A DNA stretch of 64,000 nt from Candidatus Latescibacterota bacterium. Its GTDB lineage: Bacteria; Latescibacterota; UBA2968; UBA8231. The stretch is from contig CBDCDC010000002.1 in NCBI GenBank assembly GCA_965215195.1, forward strand, positions 3,616,001-3,680,000, written 5' to 3'. The stretch's first letter is position 1. Each line of letters opens with the position of its first letter. Below, one piece after another: positions 1 through 8,448 of the stretch. Under the pieces are notes generated by a model. The model was not told the DNA's origin and searched no databases. It saw only the letters and a program-made list of their open reading frames with translations. The translations under genes and the position numbers were made by a program.

Positions 1-1096
1 CTAGATAGCCCCCGATACCCGAGTTGGCTCGGGGCACCGCCACCAGCCGCCCCTTGACGAACAAGCCCTTCACCACATTCCAATAGTACGGGTCGTCAAA
101 ACGCGAAGCACCCTGTGCGACGCCGTCCCCCAAGTCAAAATAGGCCGTGAATATCGGATGGTCTTCCCGCAGGCGTTCGGTGTAGAAATCGCGCCCTTTG
201 ATCAGCCCCCCGTATTTTTCTAGGGCCTCGGTCCAGAATCCGTCGAAGTCGAATTGCTCGGCCATGACAAAGCCCCCGGCCAGCAGGTAGTGCGCCAGAT
301 TCTCCAACTCGTTTTCGTTGGGTTCGCCTTGGGGGATGATGATCGGCACCGTTAGAAAGCGGTTGTCATCAAAGGTAAAGCTGCCGACGAACTCGGCTCG
401 CAAGCCGGTCCACTCGTTGAGCACATCGCGCAGAATGTCGATTTCCCGATTGTTGAGCCCACCATCGACGACATTGGTCTGGGTTTCGGCCATATACGTG
501 GCCGAAACCACGCGGGCGAATTTGACAAAGCCCTTGAGTCCCTGCTTGTCGTTGGGATCCTGTATCACCAAGGCGCGGTAGCGGCCGGTGTCCATGGCAT
601 CGACATCCAGCATCTCCAAGCCCATGTCGATTTTATGCTCGGGCATGCGGCTGATCCTCACGTTCGCTGTTACCCTCACGACCGGTTCCAGCGTCGCCCG
701 GAACGCCTGTGAGTTGTCCTGTCCGATTTGGAGCATATTCGCTATGCCGGTCGAACGAGCGATGATGGCGCGCGTGGAGAACGCTGCGGTAGCTTGCACC
801 TGATCCATGCGGGCGGCAGCAGCGCGCACTTGGCGGCGGATCATCGGGCGTTTGCGTTGGGGAATTTTGCGCAGCTCCAGCGCCTTGGTCAGGCGCGGTT
901 GGCGTTTGACGAATTTGGTGGTTAGCGGCCGGGGCGCTTTTTCCGCCTGCTGCTGGAAGGGGTTGAGCAAGACCAAGATCGCGTTCAGCAGCACGGCGAG
1001 CCCCAAGGACAGCCAAAAAAATTTGCGCAGCGGGCTGAGCAGAGCATTGAGGTCCAAGTTAGCGGTGATGCGCACAAAACGCGACGGTCGGTTCAT
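1..1096 (-). CDS. DUF4159-like domain protein, 3' end beyond window edge
   Basis: Open frame read manually from ATG at 1096 (MNRPSRFVRITANLDL...) to the window edge; N-terminal TM segment, then ...ELENLAHYLLAGGFV...DHPIFTAYFD...GLFVKGRLVA typical of DUF4159. Not in the ORF track because it has no stop in the window. Confidence 0.7.
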   Translation of the reverse strand, partial: MNRPSRFVRITANLDLNALLSPLRKFFWLSLGLAVLLNAILVLLNPFQQQAEKAPRPLTTKFVKRQPRLTKALELRKIPQRKRPMIRRQVRAAAARMDQVQATAAFSTRAIIARSTGIANMLQIGQDNSQAFRATLEPVVRVTANVRISRMPEHKIDMGLEMLDVDAMDTGRYRALVIQDPNDKQGLKGFVKFARVVSATYMAETQTNVVDGGLNNREIDILRDVLNEWTGLRAEFVGSFTFDDNRFLTVPIIIPQGEPNENELENLAHYLLAGGFVMAEQFDFDGFWTEALEKYGGLIKGRDFYTERLREDHPIFTAYFDLGDGVAQGASRFDDPYYWNVVKGLFVKGRLVAVPRANSGIGGYL

Positions 1097-1187
1097 AGGT
1101 CGTTATCCGGCCTGCTCATCCGCACGAGGCAGCCCTGCGGTTGGGGCTGCCCGTTGAGTCGCTCTGCCAGCGGGGTTTTCCTAATAA

Positions 1188-1392
1188 CTAAGTACACGAC
1201 ACCTCCTGTGGGTACGTTCGTGCTTGATGGTAGGACGCCCTTGAATGCGAATGAGGTATTAATTTTTTTAATTATAGTATTAATTTTATTGAATTATATG
1301 GCCGTAAAAATTGATAAATTTGATAAACAATCGCCCCTGTTGGCGGGCAGGCTGTCCGCGCACCCGGCGGAACCTTAGCGTCGTGTACTAAG
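1188..1392. mobile_element. MITE-like element, copy 1 (AT-rich interior)
   Basis: Terminal inverted repeats CTAAGTACACGAC...GTCGTGTACTAAG; 8-bp direct repeat CCTAATAA on both flanks (1180-1187, 1393-1400). Confidence 0.8.
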
Positions 1393-1552
1393 CCTAATAA
1401 TAAAGTTCTCAACGAGGTACTGATAGATGAATACCGGGAAGCACTTGTTGGTAGGTGATCACATCGTGCGGCGCGAAATCGTGCGGCTGGCCAAGTACAT
1501 GCCGTGGCGAGACGGGCCGGAAGAGCCAGTGCGCTGGGACTAGATGTCGAGG

Positions 1553-2047
1553 CTACCCAAGGGCTTCCACGAACCGCTGAATCACGCGCTCGTTGATGTG
1601 GAGTGGATTCGACGCTTGGATCTGACGTGCGACAGCCATGGCTCGCCGCCGCGTGAGGGCACCGCCAGCGACCAGATCCACCATGAGGCCAAGTCCGAAT
1701 CGCGTTGCCACGCCGTGGCGTTCGCAGAGTCGTCGGAGCGCACCATCGTTTGTGACGCATGTCCAGCCCTCCTCGCGACATGCAACCAAGCAGAGGCGAT
1801 CATTGAAGGACACGCGGGACTCGACCTCCGTAGCCCGTACCAACTGCTCTGTCTCGACCTCGACAACCTCAATGCCGAGTTGTGCGCATTGCGTTGGCGT
1901 TACGCCCTGCACCTCATCAAGTACGGGTGCCAAGACGACCACTCGCCCTATATGCTGCACCACGAGTTCAAGGATCTTGATCTCCGAATCGCGGTAGTCA
2001 ATGAGCACATCGGCGTCGGCGAGAAGCACGGTCTGGGCCATCGCCAT
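1553..2047 (-). CDS. PIN-domain protein (putative RNase toxin)
   Basis: N-terminal LLADADVLID and later SFND...VTNDGALR acidic PIN motifs; abuts the XRE-peptidase gene. Confidence 0.75.
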   Translation of the reverse strand: MAMAQTVLLADADVLIDYRDSEIKILELVVQHIGRVVVLAPVLDEVQGVTPTQCAQLGIEVVEVETEQLVRATEVESRVSFNDRLCLVACREEGWTCVTNDGALRRLCERHGVATRFGLGLMVDLVAGGALTRRRAMAVARQIQASNPLHINERVIQRFVEALG

Positions 2048-3181
2048 CTACCCCACCCACTCACGTGCCTGCCTCCTCATCTCCTCCCGAGGCAGCCCCA
2101 GAATCTCGGCGGCGCGCCCGAGTGAGATGTGCTCCTGTTCGAGTGCCTGTCTCACGAGCCGCGAGAGGCGATCCTCGACAAAGTCGTGCCGGGAGAGGCC
2201 CTCTGGCTCACCGGAGCGACTCCAGTTCCAAGCAAACTCGCTTCTTTTAAGTGCTTCGGGTTCTTCAGTTCTGCGAAGTGTCTTGCCGAAGTAACTGCGA
2301 TGCTGGCGCTGGAATGCACGCCAAATATCCGAGGTTGCACGGCCCGACTCGACTAGCCGATAGAGCACGGTTTTGTAACTCACTCGGAAGATGCGCTTGA
2401 CCTTGAGGACGCGGACGAGGAGCGGGAGTCCTCGGGTCTCGTCCCACTCGGACGCAAACGCGGCTTCTGGCATTAGGAAATGGCTTGCAAAGGCGTCGGC
2501 CTCGCGCTCTGTCTGCACGGGGAGTTCGGTGGCGTCGCGCCGATACTCAGCGGGGTGGAGCAACAGATGGCCGAGTTCGTGTACCGCGGTGAAGATCCAG
2601 CGCTCCACCGAGATACGATCCCAAGTATTGACCACCACGGCAGGGCCGCCGTCCCCTGCACCGACGCTCAACCCGAAGAAGGAGTCGCTCTTCTTGTCGA
2701 GCAGCAGGAGCTTCACTCCGTTGCTTTCGAGCAACCCGCAGATGTCGCGCACTGGCTCTTCTGGCCCGAGCCCGATGGCTTTGCGTGCGGCCTGTGCGGT
2801 TTTCATAGGGCTCCCGTGCCGAATGCGAACAGCCTTGAACCGGAAGGGACACGACTGGCCGAGATCGGCTTCGACTTGGGTATAGGCGTCAATCCACTTT
2901 GCGATCTCGGCCAAGATCTGCGCCCGAGCGTGGACCCGTGCCTGGGCGCGGAATCGCACGGTTTCAAGGGGCCGAACAGGCGTCACGAGATCGCCGAGTG
3001 GAACGCCTAGCGCGTCCCCTAGAGCGACGAGGGTCCGGGCGCGTGGGACGACGATGCCTCGCTCGATCTTTCCGAGCGCGACCCGCGAGAGTCCCGCCCT
3101 GCGGGCGAGTTCCTCTTGGGTCAACTGCCGGTCCAGCCGCAGCCGGGCGATATTCGCGGCAATGTGCTCTTCACCAGCCAT
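2048..3181 (-). CDS. XRE-family HTH fused to ImmA/IrrE (M78) metallopeptidase
   Basis: HTH LTQEELARRAGLSRVALGKIERG; HExxH motif AVHELGH followed by EREADAFA; start moved to ATG 3181, preceded by GAGGAG RBS. Confidence 0.9.
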   Translation of the reverse strand: MAGEEHIAANIARLRLDRQLTQEELARRAGLSRVALGKIERGIVVPRARTLVALGDALGVPLGDLVTPVRPLETVRFRAQARVHARAQILAEIAKWIDAYTQVEADLGQSCPFRFKAVRIRHGSPMKTAQAARKAIGLGPEEPVRDICGLLESNGVKLLLLDKKSDSFFGLSVGAGDGGPAVVVNTWDRISVERWIFTAVHELGHLLLHPAEYRRDATELPVQTEREADAFASHFLMPEAAFASEWDETRGLPLLVRVLKVKRIFRVSYKTVLYRLVESGRATSDIWRAFQRQHRSYFGKTLRRTEEPEALKRSEFAWNWSRSGEPEGLSRHDFVEDRLSRLVRQALEQEHISLGRAAEILGLPREEMRRQAREWVG

Positions 3182-3212
3182 TGTTTCTCCTCGTAGGGTA
3201 TTTGAGCAACTC

Positions 3213-3241
3213 TTGACAAAATTATCATCTTTTCTCATTTT
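3213..3241 (+). promoter_or_regulatory. Candidate sigma70 promoter / operator region of the MBL operon
   Basis: Perfect TTGACA at 3213-3218 and a weak -10 (CATTTT) 17 bp later, in an AT-rich divergent intergenic region. Confidence 0.4.
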
Positions 3242-3344
3242 TAACAAATGATACTTTATTGGTCAGTCCTGGAGAGACTAGGATTGAGGCCAGTAGAGTT
3301 CCGCCGATGAACAAAGAATCAAATATGATAAGGGAGAACAAGAG

Positions 3345-4451
3345 ATGACACCAAAATTAACATCTTATCCGCTCGGTAATGCCGACTGCTGTCTAGTCAA
3401 ACTAACCGACGGCCGCGTTATCGTTATGGATTTCGCGGCAACCAGAGGAGATGAGGAAAATGATCTCCGTATCGACCTTCCGAAAGCCCTTCGCGAAGAC
3501 CTTGGCACACGTGATGATGTCGACGTGCTGGCCATTTCGCACCTCGATGAAGATCATTATAAGGGGGTCAGCGACGTTTTCTTTCTAAACCATGCCACCA
3601 AGTATCAGAGCGATGACCGCATCAAGATCGGAGAACTTTGGGTCCCCGCCGCCGTTATCGTAGAGGAGTCGCTCGAAGCGAAGGAGGCCAAGATCATCCG
3701 GGCCGAGGCACGTCACAGGCTCAAGGAGGGTAAGGGTATCCGCGTCTTTTCACGTCCTGAAGCCCTTGAGGAATGGCTCAACCAGCAGGGCTTGAGGCTC
3801 AGGGATCGAGCGCACCTCATCACCGACGCAGGGTGCCTCGTACCGGGGTTCTCGTTCGCATCCGGTGGAGTAGAGCTCTTTGTTCACTCGCCGTTTGCGG
3901 AGTCGGCCTCTGACGGCCGCGAGATCGTGAGAAATTCTACTTCGCTTGCGCTGCAAGCAATGTTCAAGGTTGGCGGGCGATTGACCCGTGTCTTCTTTGG
4001 TGCCGACCTAGACCACGAAGCTCTCGCTGGAATCGTCACCGTGACCAAAGCACGCGGAAACGAGAGCCGCCTAGAATACGATGTCGTGAAGTTGCCCCAT
4101 CATTGCAGCTATCTCTCACTCGGACCTGAGAAGGGAAAGACCTCGACGGAGCCTGTTCCAGAGGTCGAATGGCTCTACGAGAACCAAGGTCAATCTAGAG
4201 CAATCTTGGTGTCGTCCAGCGACCCCATTCCGCCCACGGAGACGAATGATCCTCCTCACCGACAGGCAGCCAATTACTATAAAAAAGTCGCCGACAATCT
4301 CCGGGGAGAGTTTGTCGTGACGATGGAGCACCCCAAAAAGAGCGTCCCAGAGCGACTGATCATTGAGATCGGGAGTTCGGGCGCGTCCCTAAAGAAGAAA
4401 GTCATGGTGGGTGCTCCGCTCGTAAACCGCCCAGCACGGCGAGCGGGCTGA
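3345..4451 (+). CDS. Metallo-beta-lactamase-fold hydrolase (ComEC/Rec2-like) with C-terminal Gly
   Basis: GNADC, SHLDEDHYKG (HxDxDH), GADLD and KLPHHCS motifs; ends ...RPARRAG; GGGAG RBS; stop overlaps the next start (TGATG). Confidence 0.85.
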   Translation: MTPKLTSYPLGNADCCLVKLTDGRVIVMDFAATRGDEENDLRIDLPKALREDLGTRDDVDVLAISHLDEDHYKGVSDVFFLNHATKYQSDDRIKIGELWVPAAVIVEESLEAKEAKIIRAEARHRLKEGKGIRVFSRPEALEEWLNQQGLRLRDRAHLITDAGCLVPGFSFASGGVELFVHSPFAESASDGREIVRNSTSLALQAMFKVGGRLTRVFFGADLDHEALAGIVTVTKARGNESRLEYDVVKLPHHCSYLSLGPEKGKTSTEPVPEVEWLYENQGQSRAILVSSSDPIPPTETNDPPHRQAANYYKKVADNLRGEFVVTMEHPKKSVPERLIIEIGSSGASLKKKVMVGAPLVNRPARRAG

Positions 4452-6664
4452 TGAAGGGGGATAGCTGGGTCGTGGCAAGAGGCGAGCCGTGCGACGACAG
4501 CACCTCGTTTGCTCCCCGTGCTCGCAAGTTGGCCGAACTTCTGCGAGCAAGCGAGATTCCTTTTGCCCGTCTCGTATCCCTCTCCAAGACCGAAGATACA
4601 GATATCGTTACGCTTGAGGTCGACGTTGAGCTTGCCCAAGATCGCATTCACGATATCCGTCTGCAAGAGCGGATAGCGGCCGAATTCCCGCATGATGACG
4701 CACGAGCACCGGAGGTACTTGCCCTACGCCGTTCCTTCCCTCTTGTACCGCATCTGAATTTATGCGATGCGGAAATCCCTCGTAGTCTTTGTCTCTTTGA
4801 AGATTCTTGGCATGAAACCCAGCTCTGGTGGACGCCTGGACGCTTCGTAGAAGCCCTTCGCAATTGGCTCGCCGCAACTGCGCGAGATGAGTTGCATGCC
4901 GACGATCAGCCCTTGGAGCCACTGCTGCTGGGTACAGGTATTCCGCTTATCGTGCCAGCGAATATCGGGGAGGAAAACGGACCTGTCCGTCTCGACGTGA
5001 TCCACATCCAAACGCCTGAGATGAAACGGCCCGTTCTGGTGGCTCGGCGTCCGGAGGACATCGAGGATATTGGGCAAGAGCACGTCATATACTCCGTAGC
5101 GACGGTCCTCGTCGGTAAAGAGCAAAAGCATGGCATCATCTCACGTACGCCACGTACGCTCGCAGACCTCCGCGATCTGCTTTCGGCCGCAGAAATCGAC
5201 CTCGTTACAGAACTTGTATCTCGACTCGAGAAGTGGAGAGAGAACAAGGAACTCCTGGGCCGAAAACCGATCCTAATCACGGTTCTGCCCAAGCTCCGAA
5301 AGAGCGGCGGAGCCGTAGAGGCGACGGACATTTTTGCGTTCTCTATCGACGAGACAGTCGCGACACTTGGAGAAAAGCTCGGTCTATGGCAAATGAGAGA
5401 GGGACACGCCTGCATTCTGATTCCTCAAGAAAATCCAAACCCTGACGCAGTCAGGCTAGTATGCCTTCACCCGGTATCTGAGCTCTCGATGCGAATAGCA
5501 GCCCGTGCTGCTGGACGAGATCCAGATCTGCGTAAGGCAGTGGCAGTTGGACAAGGGGCCCTCGGTTCGCAAGTTGTGTCCAACCTGAAACGGACGGGGT
5601 TTGGTTTATGGACGCTTATTGATCACGATGTGCTTTTGCCTCATAATCTCGCACGACACGCGTTGTTCGGTTGGAAGCGGGGCTTCCCGAAGGCCCAGTG
5701 TATGGCAGCGGAGCTAGCGGCCACGGTCCAAGACTCGAAGGTACAGGCCCTCGTCTGCGATGTGCTCAAGCCAGGAGATAAGGAGACAGATCTCGCCGTG
5801 GCTCTTAATGAGGCGGAGATTGTCTTCGATTTCTCCGCGTCCACCGCAGTGGCGCGGTATCTCGCAGATGATACTTTCTCGAAGGCACGGCGAATATCGG
5901 TTTTTTTGAGTCCAAGCGGCAGATACCTCGTGATGCTTGTCGAAGATACCGCCCGAGCAGTCACGATTTATGAACTGGAAGCTCAGTTCCATCGGCTTCT
6001 TATTCGAACGAAAGACCTCCAAGAGTTCTACCAAGAAAATCCCGCATCACTTCGATACGGCGGCTCGTGCGCCGATATCTCGATGCACATACCCCAAGAT
6101 CGCGTGGCGCTCCATGCGGCAATCACGGCAGGCGCAGTGCAGCGACTCACAGCAGGAGCGCTCGTCTCAGTTTGGCATTTGACGGACGAGCTCACAGTAG
6201 AGCACCACTGCTCACAGGGGGCAGCCTGCCGGTGGTTCGAAGGATCGGGATGGAAGGTGGGCATTGATGCACATCTTGTGACCGACCTTATCGCTCGTCG
6301 ATCTCAAGGTTCGCCATCTGAGACGGGTGGCGTCCTCGTCGGTACGGTGGACGCACATCGCAAGAGTATTCTTCTTGTGGATGCGTTACCGGCTCCCCCC
6401 GATAGCGAAAAATGGCCAACGGCATTCATCCGAGGCTCAGTGGGACTTTGCAAGGACGTAGAGAAAATCGAAAAATGGACAGGTCAAGCCGTACACTACA
6501 TAGGGGAATGGCACTCACATCCTTCAGGTATATCGTTGGAAATGAGTTCTGACGATAAGCAGGTTCTAGAGTTCGTCGCCAAGCACATGCGGTCGGAGGG
6601 ACTTCCGGGAATTGTACTGATCGTTGGGGAGACAGAGATTCAGTGTCACATCAAAGCTCATTAA
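4451..6664 (+). CDS. E2-E1(ThiF)-JAB fusion protein (Cap2/Cap3-like)
   Basis: E2-like PHLN...SLCL; ThiF GQGALGS and DHDVLLPHNLARH, with GGSC as candidate E1 Cys; JAB ETGGVLVG...YIGEWHSHP...SSDD. Confidence 0.9.
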   Translation: MKGDSWVVARGEPCDDSTSFAPRARKLAELLRASEIPFARLVSLSKTEDTDIVTLEVDVELAQDRIHDIRLQERIAAEFPHDDARAPEVLALRRSFPLVPHLNLCDAEIPRSLCLFEDSWHETQLWWTPGRFVEALRNWLAATARDELHADDQPLEPLLLGTGIPLIVPANIGEENGPVRLDVIHIQTPEMKRPVLVARRPEDIEDIGQEHVIYSVATVLVGKEQKHGIISRTPRTLADLRDLLSAAEIDLVTELVSRLEKWRENKELLGRKPILITVLPKLRKSGGAVEATDIFAFSIDETVATLGEKLGLWQMREGHACILIPQENPNPDAVRLVCLHPVSELSMRIAARAAGRDPDLRKAVAVGQGALGSQVVSNLKRTGFGLWTLIDHDVLLPHNLARHALFGWKRGFPKAQCMAAELAATVQDSKVQALVCDVLKPGDKETDLAVALNEAEIVFDFSASTAVARYLADDTFSKARRISVFLSPSGRYLVMLVEDTARAVTIYELEAQFHRLLIRTKDLQEFYQENPASLRYGGSCADISMHIPQDRVALHAAITAGAVQRLTAGALVSVWHLTDELTVEHHCSQGAACRWFEGSGWKVGIDAHLVTDLIARRSQGSPSETGGVLVGTVDAHRKSILLVDALPAPPDSEKWPTAFIRGSVGLCKDVEKIEKWTGQAVHYIGEWHSHPSGISLEMSSDDKQVLEFVAKHMRSEGLPGIVLIVGETEIQCHIKAH

Positions 6665-6679
6665 AGGGTCCATCGGTAA

Positions 6680-8020
6680 GTGCTCATGTACGATCTCGGA
6701 CTTGCGTTGTCTGGAGGTGGGTCTCGCGCCGCAGCATTTCATTGTGGAACGATCTCTGCGCTTTCGGAACTGCATCTAATTGACAAGATAGATGTTGTTT
6801 CTACGGTATCTGGCGGATCGCTCTTTGGTGCTGCTTGGGTGGCAGCAAAGGTAGATGGACAGAGTGTAAGAGAGTTCACTGATAGTATTCAGGAAGAACT
6901 TTCGTGCGGGTTCATTGCTAGGTCGCTCAGGCCGTCTCTGCTCCGCGTGCTGATTCCTAAAGCACCGTACTCGCGAACTCATTTGCTCGCGGATACCTTT
7001 GCTCGCGTTTTGTTACAGGGACTTACGCTAGGGCATCTGCCCGAACGCCCGGCTTTGTGTATAAACACGACGGTATTGAACAACGGCCAGATAGCTAAGT
7101 TTTCACGGGACGGATTCTCGGCCTGGGGAATTACTGTCCCCGGAGCCAAACCATCCCATGTAGTGCCTTGGAGCAACTTTTCCTTAGCGCGTGCTGTCGC
7201 TGCCTCCGCTGCGTTCCCAATCGGCCTTCCACCGCTAACTTTGCGGCTGAGAGACTTCCCACCCGGAACGCAATTTAGTGGCTCATTGGCTGGGGTGAAG
7301 AAAATTTACCTTACTGACGGTGGTGTGCTTGAGAACCTCGGCATTCAGACTCTTTTGAAGAGCCGACGCTATGCCTCATGGAACCTTGTTGTGAGCGATG
7401 CGGGTGTCCATGACCGACCTTGGCAGAATCGAGGGCTTGTTGGTTCGGTCAAGGGTTTCTGCATGTGGCTCTTAAGCGGACGGACCCTTGATCGGCTCAT
7501 GCTAGTGATGAACGACAAGCAGAACCGCTGGGCAAGACAGGAGATTCACGATCAATTGATTCACTCTTGGCTCGCCGAAGAGTTGCGACATGGCTCAACC
7601 GTGCCGAACAAGGGGATAGCGAGCTATTTGGACCAAGAGCCGAAACGCAGACGGCGTGCACTCTTGTTTGTTCGCGTGGCACAGAGTTGGAACTCCTTCT
7701 TTCGTTCAATCCCAAGATGGAGGCTCGTAGAGCTCGGCGGGCATGCTGGGGAGTCCGAAGCCGCGATACCTTCGAATGACGATCCCGCACGTATCGTCGC
7801 CTACTTGGAAGGAGTTGGTTGCGACCTCACTACTGCAAAAGAGTACCACGCGCAACTAGGAGGAGATAATGCTGCTCACAGGATGAACACAGTGAAGACT
7901 GGATTCACTGCCTTATCCCCGGAGACTGTGCAGCGTCTTGCAGCACATGCAGCTTGGCAAGTTCACGCTGCGCACTCCATCTACATGCCCCTCCAAGACG
8001 GCAAGATTATGTTTACCTGA
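6680..8020 (+). CDS. Patatin-like phospholipase
   Basis: LALSGGGSRAA oxyanion motif, TVSGGS nucleophile elbow, ASAAFP, and DGGVLENLG catalytic Asp. Confidence 0.9.
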   Translation: MLMYDLGLALSGGGSRAAAFHCGTISALSELHLIDKIDVVSTVSGGSLFGAAWVAAKVDGQSVREFTDSIQEELSCGFIARSLRPSLLRVLIPKAPYSRTHLLADTFARVLLQGLTLGHLPERPALCINTTVLNNGQIAKFSRDGFSAWGITVPGAKPSHVVPWSNFSLARAVAASAAFPIGLPPLTLRLRDFPPGTQFSGSLAGVKKIYLTDGGVLENLGIQTLLKSRRYASWNLVVSDAGVHDRPWQNRGLVGSVKGFCMWLLSGRTLDRLMLVMNDKQNRWARQEIHDQLIHSWLAEELRHGSTVPNKGIASYLDQEPKRRRRALLFVRVAQSWNSFFRSIPRWRLVELGGHAGESEAAIPSNDDPARIVAYLEGVGCDLTTAKEYHAQLGGDNAAHRMNTVKTGFTALSPETVQRLAAHAAWQVHAAHSIYMPLQDGKIMFT

Positions 8021-8123
8021 GACAGTACCATTCGACAATTGGACGCTCCTTTAACCGACAATCGGACGCTGGACGCTCCCTGTTTCCCCGCTCGCTGGCA
8101 CCCGTCCTACGGGAGGCTTTAGT

Positions 8124-8336
8124 GTAGTCCTTACCCAAGGCCGAAAGACTTAGGGTATTGAGGTCAAAGTCGCCAGTGCGCTCACCTCCAAAGACGGGCA
8201 AGGACTTGTGCGGCTGGCCGATCGCTGCGGCGAGGATTTTGAGCTTGGAGTGCTGCTCTACGCCGGCCGCGACCGGCTCCCGTTGGCCGACGAGCGCATA
8301 CTCTCCGTGCCGCTGAGCGAATTGTGGGAGCGGTAG
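8124..8336 (+). pseudogene. C-terminal fragment of an AAA ATPase/DUF4143 protein
   Basis: Manual translation VVLTQGRKT*GIEVKVASALTSKDGQGLVRLADRCGEDFELGVLLYAG...PLSELWER*; internal TAG, no start. Confidence 0.65.
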
Positions 8337-8448
8337 GGTGTGCGGCTCTCCCAAAGGGGCCGTTGACTGGGAGAAGACTCTAGGCGTAACTAAACACGGT
8401 CGGCTGATCGATGGCCGCCATGCATACCAGATTGTGAACCGAGGAGAC

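Noticed and set aside
3345-8020. Canonical type II CBASS
   Set aside because: No CD-NTase motif (GS...DxD) in any ORF of the operon; the first gene is an MBL-fold hydrolase.
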